Shown here piece by piece: positions 47,315 to 56,063 of a stretch of 64,000 bases of DNA (the first letter of the stretch is position 1; each line of letters starts with the position of its first letter). The stretch is from NCBI GenBank assembly GCA_009840635.1, contig VXNL01000074.1:28156-92155 (forward strand), read 5' to 3'. This DNA is from Acidobacteriota bacterium. Its GTDB lineage: Bacteria > Acidobacteriota > Vicinamibacteria > Marinacidobacterales > Marinacidobacteraceae. The notes beneath the pieces were generated by a model, which worked only from the letters and a program-made list of their open reading frames with translations, did no database searches and had not been told where the DNA came from. A program made the position numbers and the translations under genes.

Positions 47315-50215
47315 ATGAGCACCGGCCCGGCGGACGCCCTCGCAACCCGCCTCGACCCGGCGGCCGTCGAGGCCGAGGGTTGGGACCGGTGGGAAAAGGC
47401 GGGGGCCTTCGAGACGGAAGTGGATGCCGGCGGACGGATGCGGCCGGGCGGTGATCCGGAGCGGGAGCCGTTCACCATCGTCATCCCGCCTCCCAACATC
47501 ACGGGCCGGCTCCACATGGGGCACGCGCTCAACAACACGATCCAGGATGTGCTCATCCGGTACCGGCGGATGGAGGGGCGGGACGCTCTGTGGGTGCCGG
47601 GAACCGACCACGCGGGCATCTCCACCCAGACCGTGGTCCGCAAGCACCTAGACGCCCAGGGCGTGGACTACCGGGAGCTGGGACGCGACGCCTTCATCGA
47701 TCGGGTGTGGGAATGGCGGGAAGAGTTCGGGGGAGTCATCCTGGAACAACTGCGCAAGCTCGGGTGTTCATGCGACTTCCGCCGCATCCGCTTCACGATG
47801 GACGAGGGGCTTTCGCGCGCAGTGCGGACGGTCTTCAAGGCGCTCTTCGACCGTGGACTGATCTATCGGGGCAAGCGGGTCGTCAACTGGTGCCCGGTGG
47901 ACCGGACCGCGCTCTCCGACGACGAGGTCGAGACGGCGCCCGAGGGCGAACCGGGGCATCTGTGGAGCATCCACTATCCGCTCGCCGACGATCCGCGCCA
48001 CCGCCTCACCGTAGCCACCACCCGGCCGGAAACGCTCTTCGGGGACGTTGCGGTAGCGGTGCACCCCGAGGACCCCCGCTACCGCGAGTTCATTGGCCGC
48101 AAGGTCCAGCTTCCGCTTACCGGCCGCGTGATTCCGGTCATCGCCGACTCCGGAGTGGAACGGGAGTTCGGAACCGGCTGCCTGAAGATCACCCCCGCCC
48201 ACGATCCGCACGACTTCGAGATCGGCGAGCGTCACGGCCTCGAACCTCTGAACGTGATGAACGAGGACGCGACCCTGAACGATCAGGCGCCGGAGGCGTT
48301 CCGCGGGCTCGACCGGTACGAGGCGCGCCGCGAGGCCGTCGCCGCACTGGAAGCCGTGGGCCTGCTCGAGGCCGTGATCCCCCACCAGGTGCCGCTGGGC
48401 CGCGCGCAGCGTTCCGGGGCTCCGATCGAGTACCGCCTCTCCGACCAGTGGTTCGTCCGCATGCGGCCGCTCGCGGACCGGGCGCTCCGCCGCAGCGGCT
48501 TCGAGAAGGGAGAAGCCGGATGGGAGAAAGTGCGCGAGGGCGAGCTCCGGTTCCACCCGGCCCGCTGGGAGCAGGTCTACGCGCGCTGGCTCATCGAGAT
48601 CCGGGACTGGACCATCAGCCGGCAGATCTGGTGGGGACATCGCATCCCGGCCTGGCATCACCGGGAAACCGGGGAAGTGGCGGTAGGGGTCGAGACACCC
48701 GCCGAAGTGCTCGCCGACCCGGGCGCCTGGCGGCAGGACGAAGACGTGCTCGACACCTGGTTCAGTTCCTGGCTCTGGCCGATGAGCACGCTGGGGTGGC
48801 CGGATGAGACACCCGACCTCGCCCGCTACTTCCCGACCTCGGTGCTCTCCACCGACAAGGGGATCCTCTTCTTCTGGGTCGCGCGGATGAACTTCGCCGG
48901 GATCGAGATGACGGACCGGCTTCCCTACCGCGACGTCTACATCCATCCCACAGTGCTCGACGAACGCGGCGCCGTCATGAGCAAGAGCAAGGGAAACGGC
49001 GTCGATCCGCTGGCGGTGATCGACGGGGCGACCCTGGCGGAACTCAAGCGGCCGGTGGAGGAAGCGCGCCCCACCAACATGAAGGAACTGCTCCGCCGGG
49101 TGGAACGGAACTTCCCCGACGGTTTCGAGGGAGTGGGCGCCGACGCCCTGCGTTTCACCCTGGTCCGACTCTGTTCCGAAGGACAGGAGATGCGTCTCTC
49201 GCTGTCGAAGTTCCACGAAATCGGCCGCCGATTCCTCACCAAGCTCTGGAACGCGTCCCGCTTCGCACTCATTGCGCTGGACGAAGTCGAGGACGAAGGC
49301 CCGATGGGAGAGCCACAGGCCGAAGACCGCTGGATCGTCTCCCGGGCGAACGCCTGCGCCAGCGAGGTCTCGAGAGCTCTGGACAGCTTCGATTTCGCGG
49401 CAGTGGGCGCCGTCCTCTACCGGTTCGTCTGGAATGACTTCTGCGACTGGTACGTCGAGTTGGCCAAGGTGCGGCTCCGCTCCGGACCGGAGGCGGCGCG
49501 GCGGACGGCGGCCACCCTGGGGAGTGTCCTGAGCGACACCCTGCATCTGCTGCATCCCGTGACCCCCTTCGTGACGGAACACCTCTTTGCCCGGCTCCGG
49601 CTGGCCATGGACCGGAAGGACCTGTGGAATGGGGGACGGCCGGAAGCGGATCTCCTGACCCGCTCGGCATTCCCCCACGGGACCGGTAGGCGCGACCGGA
49701 AGCTCGAAGAGCGCTTCGAGGCTCTGCAGCGGCTGGTGAGCGGCGTCCGCAAACTCCGCGCCGACGCAGGGCTGCCGCCCGATCTGCGACTTCGGGTCCA
49801 GGTCGAGGAATCGCGCCGTCTGGCCGGGTTCGGCGCCCTCCTGGCGGAGTGCCGGGAACCCGTCGCGTCGCTGGCCCGGCTCGCGTCCGTCTCCGTCGCA
49901 TCCCCCGGTAACGCGCCGCTCCCGACCGGTCCGGAACCCGACGCCGGCCGGGTTTCCATCGTGGACCCGGCCTTCGAAGCGCACACCACCCTGGGGGAAG
50001 CCGTCGATCTGGAAGCCCTGCGCCAACGCGTCGAGCGACAACTCGGGCGTTTGGGCAAGGAGCGCGAAAGCACCCGGAAACGGTTGTCGAACCCCGGTTT
50101 TCTGGCTGGCGCGGATCCCGCCGTAGTGGACCAGGCGCGCGGAAGGCTCGCCTCGCTGGAAGATCAGACCGAGCGGCTTCGGGAGCTTGCCGGGCAGCTC
50201 GGCGGCGGGCGCTGA
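47315..50215 (+). CDS. valS: Valine--tRNA ligase
   Basis: PPPNITGRLHMGHA, GTDHAGISTQ, ATTRPET, SRQIWWGHRIP, DVLDTWFSS, VMSKS, C-terminal coiled coil. Confidence 0.97.
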   Translation: MSTGPADALATRLDPAAVEAEGWDRWEKAGAFETEVDAGGRMRPGGDPEREPFTIVIPPPNITGRLHMGHALNNTIQDVLIRYRRMEGRDALWVPGTDHAGISTQTVVRKHLDAQGVDYRELGRDAFIDRVWEWREEFGGVILEQLRKLGCSCDFRRIRFTMDEGLSRAVRTVFKALFDRGLIYRGKRVVNWCPVDRTALSDDEVETAPEGEPGHLWSIHYPLADDPRHRLTVATTRPETLFGDVAVAVHPEDPRYREFIGRKVQLPLTGRVIPVIADSGVEREFGTGCLKITPAHDPHDFEIGERHGLEPLNVMNEDATLNDQAPEAFRGLDRYEARREAVAALEAVGLLEAVIPHQVPLGRAQRSGAPIEYRLSDQWFVRMRPLADRALRRSGFEKGEAGWEKVREGELRFHPARWEQVYARWLIEIRDWTISRQIWWGHRIPAWHHRETGEVAVGVETPAEVLADPGAWRQDEDVLDTWFSSWLWPMSTLGWPDETPDLARYFPTSVLSTDKGILFFWVARMNFAGIEMTDRLPYRDVYIHPTVLDERGAVMSKSKGNGVDPLAVIDGATLAELKRPVEEARPTNMKELLRRVERNFPDGFEGVGADALRFTLVRLCSEGQEMRLSLSKFHEIGRRFLTKLWNASRFALIALDEVEDEGPMGEPQAEDRWIVSRANACASEVSRALDSFDFAAVGAVLYRFVWNDFCDWYVELAKVRLRSGPEAARRTAATLGSVLSDTLHLLHPVTPFVTEHLFARLRLAMDRKDLWNGGRPEADLLTRSAFPHGTGRRDRKLEERFEALQRLVSGVRKLRADAGLPPDLRLRVQVEESRRLAGFGALLAECREPVASLARLASVSVASPGNAPLPTGPEPDAGRVSIVDPAFEAHTTLGEAVDLEALRQRVERQLGRLGKERESTRKRLSNPGFLAGADPAVVDQARGRLASLEDQTERLRELAGQLGGGR

Positions 50216-50294
50216 GCGGGGACGGATACCGGCGCAACCGCAGTTCCACATACAATTCAGGTCCAGCAGCCTGTGGAGAATCCCTGCTGGATCC

Positions 50295-50708
50295 ATGAAG
50301 TCCTCTCTTGAGGCGGTCGCTTCCGTCCTGGGGAGCCTGCGCCGGAGGTTCGGCAGCCTCGGGGGACGAGCCCTTCGGAAGGGCGCCGAATGGGGGCGCG
50401 TCCTCGCCGCACTCACCGAGCGCGCGGCACCGGTCGTGGTGATCGTGCTGATCGGGGTCGCCGCCGCTGCCGTCGGGGTGAGCGGTCTCGAATCACTGGA
50501 CGAGCAGGGACGGCGACGGGCCGAATTGGCGGCCGAAGTCGAGCGGCTCGGCCGGGAGGCCGCGGCGCTCGAGGACTCCATCGCAGCGCTACGGCAGGAT
50601 CCCGCCGCCTTCGAAGTCCACGCGAAGACCTACCACCACCTGGTCGAGCCGGGTGAGGTCGTCGTGTTGCTGCAGCCGCCCGGCCCCGGGGCTCTCACCC
50701 GGCGCTGA
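50295..50708 (+). CDS. Septum formation initiator (FtsB/DivIC-like)
   Basis: One TM helix, then a coiled coil, then LRQDPAAFEVHAKTYHHLVEPGEVV. Confidence 0.7.
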   Translation: MKSSLEAVASVLGSLRRRFGSLGGRALRKGAEWGRVLAALTERAAPVVVIVLIGVAAAAVGVSGLESLDEQGRRRAELAAEVERLGREAAALEDSIAALRQDPAAFEVHAKTYHHLVEPGEVVVLLQPPGPGALTRR

Positions 50709-50782
50709 AGCAGCTCCGCGCCGGCGGATCGCCCGCACCGCTTCCGGCGGAAGCTCCGTGGAGCGATCCCGGAGGGGTCCGG

Positions 50783-51550
50783 CTATTCGATCCGATACCG
50801 GAGCGGAAAGACCTCTCCGTCGCGATCTACCGTGAGCTCAACCTGGCTTGCGGTCTGAAACCGCTGCACGAGCACCGCCAGCGATTCGGCCCCCCGCACC
50901 TCCCTGCCGTTGACGGCCAGGAGCACGTCTCCGGGGACCAGCCCGGTTTCCCCGAGCACGGTGTCCGTCGGAAAGGCGACGAGTTCCAGCCCGACGACCT
51001 CGTTACCGAGCACCCGTGGGGCGACGACCGCGCTCGACAGGATTCGCGGGAGCTCCGACAGTAGCCGCAGCCGCACGTCATCCCGGGAGAACGTTCGGTC
51101 TCCCGTGTCCCGCGGAGGCCGAGAGGCCTGGGCATCGACCGCCGGGCGCTCCGGCGCTCCAGCTTCGGGACCTGCCGGAATCTCCGTGGGAGCCCGAGTC
51201 TGGACCGGGGTCTCCGGTATCGCGGGAGGCTCACCGCTCCCGGTCAGAACCGCCACCTCCGGAAGGCTCACTTCGAGCGACCGCCCGTCGGGCGCCTCGA
51301 GTTCCACGCCGTCGGCGAGTACCCGCACCACCGTGAATCCACGATGGGCCTCCCCGACCTGGAGCGCCAGCGGTCTTCCCTCGGCAAACCGGAGGAGCGC
51401 GACGCCTGCGTCCCGCTGCTGCACGACTCCGTAGAGCCGGATGGCAGGGCGTTCCGGGTTCCCGGCCTGCTGGCCGGGGGCCGGCTCACTGCCTGCCACA
51501 CCGGCCGCCAGGACGAATACGGCGCCGAGACGGCGATCCAGGAGGCGCAT
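50783..51550 (-). CDS. GspC-like protein (HR-like domain + C-terminal PDZ)
   Basis: IRLYGVV...ALL...QVGE...VLADGVEL (GspC HR-like) and GLVPGDVLLAVNG...LTVDRDGEVFPLRYRIE (PDZ). Confidence 0.7.
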   Translation of the reverse strand: MRLLDRRLGAVFVLAAGVAGSEPAPGQQAGNPERPAIRLYGVVQQRDAGVALLRFAEGRPLALQVGEAHRGFTVVRVLADGVELEAPDGRSLEVSLPEVAVLTGSGEPPAIPETPVQTRAPTEIPAGPEAGAPERPAVDAQASRPPRDTGDRTFSRDDVRLRLLSELPRILSSAVVAPRVLGNEVVGLELVAFPTDTVLGETGLVPGDVLLAVNGREVRGAESLAVLVQRFQTASQVELTVDRDGEVFPLRYRIE

Positions 51551-51614
51551 GGAGGCGGGCCTGGAGTGTACGGTGCGCCAGACAAGGACGCGGGGGGGTG
51601 GAGGAGGCCCCTGC

Positions 51615-51822
51615 CAGCAGCCGGTGGAAAAAGTCACGCGGCATTCCCGAGCTACGAAACATGCCGGCCGACGGTTGTCGCCGGCCGCCATGCTTCGTGC
51701 TCAAGGGGTCTCCGCGGGGCTCGAACTCTCGCCCCGCTTCGGAAGCGAACGGGACGGTGCATCCCGGCTGAACTGGGCCTCGCCGCTCTCGGTGCTCACG
51801 TCACTTTCTCCACCGGCTGCTA
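51615..51822 (-). repeat. Structured intergenic repeat family 1, variant copy E (core deleted, other hairpins inserted)
   Basis: AGCAGCCGGTGGAAAAAGTCACG...CGTCACTTTCTCCACCGGCTGCT; keeps TGCATCCCGGCTGAAC and GAACTGGGCCTCGCCGCTCTCGG of the other copies. Confidence 0.8.
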
Positions 51823-52061
51823 GACTTTTGTTGAGCACTCGGGTGTCGGCCCGTCCCTCTGGCGGACCGGCGCTCGCCGGCGCTTCCGATACGCGTTGCG
51901 ATAACCGGGCCATTTCCAGGCGGGGCCTTGCCTGGCGGAACTGGCCGGCCGCATCTCTCGCATCAGACCGTCGCCAGGCCCGGTGTCTCGGCGCCGTACC
52001 ACGCGTCGGCGGATCGTCCGCCCCGCGAGCGGCGCCGGGCCCTCGGGTCTCGAGTGCGAGC

Positions 52062-54251
52062 GTGCGCAACCCCGGAGACGCCGGACCGGACCTCACGGGG
52101 AGCGCCCCGGATTCGGCAATCCGGCCAACTGCCGTCCCCAAGACACCCGCACTCCAGCACATCTCCAACCAAGACCCATCAAAGCCCGCGGGGCGACCCG
52201 CCGGACCGGCCTCTTCCGTTCCGCCTCCGGCGGCGCCCGCCTATCCCAGGTCCCTCGCGAAGGGCCTGGAACGCGCGGCGAAGGCGCTCACCCTCTCGTG
52301 GCCCGGTCGATTCCTGCTCGGCGTGGGAGCCATCGCTTCCCTTTCCTCGGCGGGCGCGCTGCCCCGCTCGTGGACGGCGGATGCGTGGATGGTCTTCGCC
52401 ATCACCCTGGGCGCGGTACTCGTCTACTTCGGCCGCGACCTTCTCGGATGGCTCCTCTACCCCGTCCGGCGGAAGTTGGCAGTCTCCTATCTGTTCGTGG
52501 GGCTCTTGCCGGTTCTCCTGCTGACGTCCTTCTTTCTGCTCGCCTTCTATGTGGTTCTGGGGCTTTTCGGCTCCTATGCCTTCCAGGCGAACCTCGCGGC
52601 CCGGGGCACCGCCTTCGCTTCCGCGGCGCAGCAGGCGCTGCTCGAGATCGCACCGGATTCAGACGGGGCGGAGATCTCCCGCGGACTCCAGGGGGCCGTG
52701 GCCCGAGTCGCCCCCTTCGCGCCAGGAGCGGCAGCGTGGTACCTCGAGATCGAGGGCGGGCGCATCGTCCGGCTGACCGGATCGGACGCCGGAGGGCCGA
52801 TTCGCGAGTCCGATCCGGTGCCCGAATGGGCTCTCACCCCGTACGAGGGTGTGGTCCAGATGGAGGACACCGAGTGGTTCGGCGCCGTCTTTCCCGGACT
52901 CCGGGGGGACCGCCTGGCTGTCGTTCTGGCGCCGCTCGCTCCGCTCCTCGAAGCGAGCGCGCGGGAGGAGGACCTGATCGTGCGGACGGTCTGGGCGCTC
53001 TACCTCGGAGACCAGAACGAGGAGCCGCCGGCCCCGGCCCCCCTATCGGGGACGGACAACGATCGCTTCACGATCGACTGGGATGAGCCGCTGCTGCTGG
53101 AGGCCCTTCCCTGGGGTCCCGCGATGGAGGGAGGCACGGTCGTGGTGGCCATCGCATTCGCCCCGATTCACCTGATCCAGGGAACGACGAGCGGGCTCGC
53201 CGAGTCGGTGGCGATCAGCAATCCGGACTGGCGGAGCGGCCTGCTCCTGGTGCTCGGCGGACTGGGAATCGTCTTCGTGCTCATCGAGTGCGTCGCTTTC
53301 TCCGCCGGGCTCCGGCTCGCGCGGTCGATCACGCGGTCCGTCGAAGCCCTGAGCCAGGGGACCGAGCTGGTGCGGGGAGGCAATTTCGGCCATCAGGTAC
53401 GAGCCGCGTCCCCGGACCAGCTCGGCGAGCTCGCCAGCTCGTTCAACATCATGACGGCGAAGATCGCCGACGACATGGGACGCCTCCGGCGCGCGGCGGT
53501 CCTGGAGCAGGAGATGGAAACCGCGCGGCAGTCCCAGGCGCGCCTGCTCCCTCCCGAGGGATCCGTGTCCGTGCCGGGATTCGCGGTTTCCGCCGTCTGC
53601 CGCCCCGCAACCGAGGTCGGGGGCGACTACTACGACCTGATCCCGCTCGGGCCGAACCGGCTGGGGGTGGTGATTGCCGACGTCTCCGGCACTGGCACGC
53701 GGGCGGCGTTCATCATGGCCGAACTCAAGGGGCTGATGCTCGCCCTGAGCCGTATTCACGCGTCCCCCCGGCGGGTGCTGGTCGAAGCGAACCGGGTCCT
53801 GCACAACGCACTCGATTCACGAACCTTCATCACCATCACCTACGCGGTGTTCGACTCCGAGGCGGGGCGCGTGACGTTCGCGCGGGCGGGTCACAGTCCG
53901 CTCCTGCATCTGGTGCAGCAGGACGGACACTGGCCCCGCTCGGAAGCGCTCGCTCCGCCCGGGCTCGGGTTGGCCCTCGACCCGGGACCGGTCTTCGACG
54001 AAATCCTGGAAGAGCGCTCGGAACGCCTCCACGGCGGGGAAACCTGGCTCTTCTTCACGGACGGCGTCTCGGAAGCCATGAACGCCGAATCCGACATGTT
54101 CGGGGAGGAACGGCTGATGCGCCTTCTGGAGGAGGGGGCGGCCCTCACGCCGGCGGACCTGCAGCGCTCGGTCGAGGACGCCGTCCTGGAGTTCACCGGC
54201 GCCGAGACCCACACGGACGACCTGACGATGGTCCTGGTTCGGGTGAACTGA
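52062..54251 (+). CDS. Membrane HAMP + SpoIIE/PP2C (RsbU-like) serine phosphatase
   Basis: VRRKLAVSYLFVG TM segment, HAMP (SITRSVEAL...DQLGELASSFNIM), VGGDYYD, IADVSGTG, ARAGH, FTDGVSEA, DDLT. Start uncertain. Confidence 0.88.
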   Translation: MRNPGDAGPDLTGSAPDSAIRPTAVPKTPALQHISNQDPSKPAGRPAGPASSVPPPAAPAYPRSLAKGLERAAKALTLSWPGRFLLGVGAIASLSSAGALPRSWTADAWMVFAITLGAVLVYFGRDLLGWLLYPVRRKLAVSYLFVGLLPVLLLTSFFLLAFYVVLGLFGSYAFQANLAARGTAFASAAQQALLEIAPDSDGAEISRGLQGAVARVAPFAPGAAAWYLEIEGGRIVRLTGSDAGGPIRESDPVPEWALTPYEGVVQMEDTEWFGAVFPGLRGDRLAVVLAPLAPLLEASAREEDLIVRTVWALYLGDQNEEPPAPAPLSGTDNDRFTIDWDEPLLLEALPWGPAMEGGTVVVAIAFAPIHLIQGTTSGLAESVAISNPDWRSGLLLVLGGLGIVFVLIECVAFSAGLRLARSITRSVEALSQGTELVRGGNFGHQVRAASPDQLGELASSFNIMTAKIADDMGRLRRAAVLEQEMETARQSQARLLPPEGSVSVPGFAVSAVCRPATEVGGDYYDLIPLGPNRLGVVIADVSGTGTRAAFIMAELKGLMLALSRIHASPRRVLVEANRVLHNALDSRTFITITYAVFDSEAGRVTFARAGHSPLLHLVQQDGHWPRSEALAPPGLGLALDPGPVFDEILEERSERLHGGETWLFFTDGVSEAMNAESDMFGEERLMRLLEEGAALTPADLQRSVEDAVLEFTGAETHTDDLTMVLVRVN

Positions 54252-54252
54252 G

Positions 54253-55863
54253 ATGGGGCGCAGGCGACGCCGGCGCGCACCGGCGTCCAACCACCGGCCG
54301 GTGCTCGAGTTTGCCCGAGGGCTCGGATACCGCTTCCAGGACCTCGGGCTCCTCGAAGAAGCCCTGACCCACGGCTCGTATCGAAACGACCACGCGGTCG
54401 CGGACTACGAGAGGCTGGAATTCGTCGGCGACGCGGCGCTCGGACTTGTGGTGACCGAGTCCATGCACTTTCAGCGGCCGCAATGGGACGGGCAACGGCG
54501 ACAGGAGACCAAGTCGGAACTGGTGAGCAACCAGTCGCTGGCGGCGGCGGCCCGCGCTCTCGCGCTGGATGAGGGCATTCGCGTCGGCCGCGGCCGGAAC
54601 GCGGGGGAAGAGGTCCGATCCTCCGACCGTATCCTCGCCAACGTCTTCGAAGCCGTGCTCGGGGCGGCCTATCTCGACGGTGGGATGCCGGCGGCGCGCG
54701 GCGTCCTGGGCGCCGCATTCAGGAAGAAACTGCAGCGGCTCCGGCTGAAACCGCCGGAAGGTGCTCCGGGATGGGTCCGTCGAGCCGGCAGCGGACTGCG
54801 TTCCATCGGCCCGCTCGGGATCCGGTTCGCCCGCCGCCTTCTCCTGTTGCGCAAGAGAGTCGAACGGGCCCTCGGGTACACCTTCGCCAATCCCGGAATC
54901 CTGGCTGCGGCGCTGGACGCGGGCGACGCGGGACGGGAACGCACCCCGGGCGGCCGCCGGGGCAGAAAGCGGAGAACGAGGGGTCGCCGGGCCCCGGCGC
55001 CGGGGTCCACGGGGAGTGCCGAGCCCGCGAACCGGCCCGCACTGCGCTTCCTCGGGCGGGACGTCATGCATCTGGTGCTGGCGGAGGCGCTTCACGACCA
55101 TTTCCCCGAGTGGGACGAGGGGAGGATGACGCTCGCCCGGATGAGGCTGCAGAGCCGGGACTTCACGCGCACGCTGAACGAACACTGGTCACTCGGGGAC
55201 GGGGACGACGCCGCGGCCACCGCGGAGGCGGTGATGGGGGCGCTCTATCTGGACGGCAGCCTGGGGGCGGCGCGCCGCGCCCTGGGCCGGCCGTTCGCAA
55301 CCGCCCTCGAGGAGCTTCGGGATCCCGACCTGGAACTCCTCGACCCCAAGACGCTGCTCCAGAACCGCCTCGCCCAGGCCGGCAAGGACGCTCCCAAGTA
55401 CGAACCAAGACGCGCACCGCGGAACTCCCGGAGCAACGGCACGGTCTCCGTGACTCTGCGGCTGGCCGATGGACTCACCGAAACCGGTGTTGGCCGAGGC
55501 CTCAAGGAGGCCGAGAAGGACGCCGCGCGGCGGGCCCTCGAACGGCTCGAACGCCGGTCCGGCCGCAGGCGGAGCCGACCGGGACGAGGAACGGCCGCGG
55601 ATCCGCCCGCCGAAGCCGCCGGGCAGAGCCCAACCATCGTCCCCGCAACCGAGAACCCGAAGGGAGCCCTGCAGGAGGCGCTCGTGAAGAAAGAGGGTCG
55701 ACTCCCCGTGTATCGACTCATCTCCGAAAGCGGCCCGGAGCACGAAAAGACCTTCGTCATGGAAGTGCTGGCGGGCCGGCGCGCCCTCGGAAGAGGGATC
55801 GGTCCCAGCAAACGCAAGGCCGAGGCCGAGGCAGCGGCCGCCGCACTGGCCAGCGGGATCTGA
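54253..55863 (+). CDS. rnc: Ribonuclease III with two tandem RNase III domains and two dsRBDs
   Basis: Domain 1: LGYRF, ALTHGS, YERLEFVGD, FEAVLGAAYLDGG. Domain 2: LGYTF, ALRFLGRD, DEGRMT, AEAVMGALYLDG. dsRBDs DPKTLLQ...AEKDAA and NPKGALQE...KRKAEAEAA. Confidence 0.88.
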   Translation: MGRRRRRRAPASNHRPVLEFARGLGYRFQDLGLLEEALTHGSYRNDHAVADYERLEFVGDAALGLVVTESMHFQRPQWDGQRRQETKSELVSNQSLAAAARALALDEGIRVGRGRNAGEEVRSSDRILANVFEAVLGAAYLDGGMPAARGVLGAAFRKKLQRLRLKPPEGAPGWVRRAGSGLRSIGPLGIRFARRLLLLRKRVERALGYTFANPGILAAALDAGDAGRERTPGGRRGRKRRTRGRRAPAPGSTGSAEPANRPALRFLGRDVMHLVLAEALHDHFPEWDEGRMTLARMRLQSRDFTRTLNEHWSLGDGDDAAATAEAVMGALYLDGSLGAARRALGRPFATALEELRDPDLELLDPKTLLQNRLAQAGKDAPKYEPRRAPRNSRSNGTVSVTLRLADGLTETGVGRGLKEAEKDAARRALERLERRSGRRRSRPGRGTAADPPAEAAGQSPTIVPATENPKGALQEALVKKEGRLPVYRLISESGPEHEKTFVMEVLAGRRALGRGIGPSKRKAEAEAAAAALASGI

Positions 55864-55869
55864 TCCGGT

Positions 55870-55960
55870 GGCCTCCCGGCTGAAACAGGCCGCGACGCGA
55901 CCGCCATCCGTGCGCTTCAGTTGGCGGACAAGGGGTATTCCTCTCTCACGCGCCATGCCG
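55870..55960 (-). repeat. Degenerate relic of repeat family 1 (copy F), directly after rnc
   Basis: GCCTCCCGGCTGAAAC and GGTATTCCTCTCTCACGCGCCATGCC align to GCATCCCGGTTGAACC and GGTATTCCTCCCTCACGCGCCTTGTC of copy A; outer stem missing. Confidence 0.6.
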
Positions 55961-56063
55961 GGCAATGGCCCGGAGCCGCGCCGTATACTCCGCGCTCCGC
56001 GCCGGCGGGACGGAGGCGGCAGGGAAGGAGCCGGCGAGAACGACCGGAAAGGCGAGGGGAGAT

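Noticed and set aside
23487-50581. Other long antisense ORFs (23487-25922, 28044-30146, 32689-34257, 47768-50581)
   Set aside because: Each mirrors a well-supported gene on the other strand (pnp, infB, rimO, valS).
51441-52061. Long N-terminal extension of the SpoIIE phosphatase ORF
   Set aside because: It reads through the gspC-like gene start and repeat copy E, so it is probably non-coding.
9571-55960. Repeats as a CRISPR array or integron attC sites
   Set aside because: Copies are kilobases apart with no repeat-spacer periodicity; no cas or integrase gene; flanking genes are housekeeping, not cassettes.
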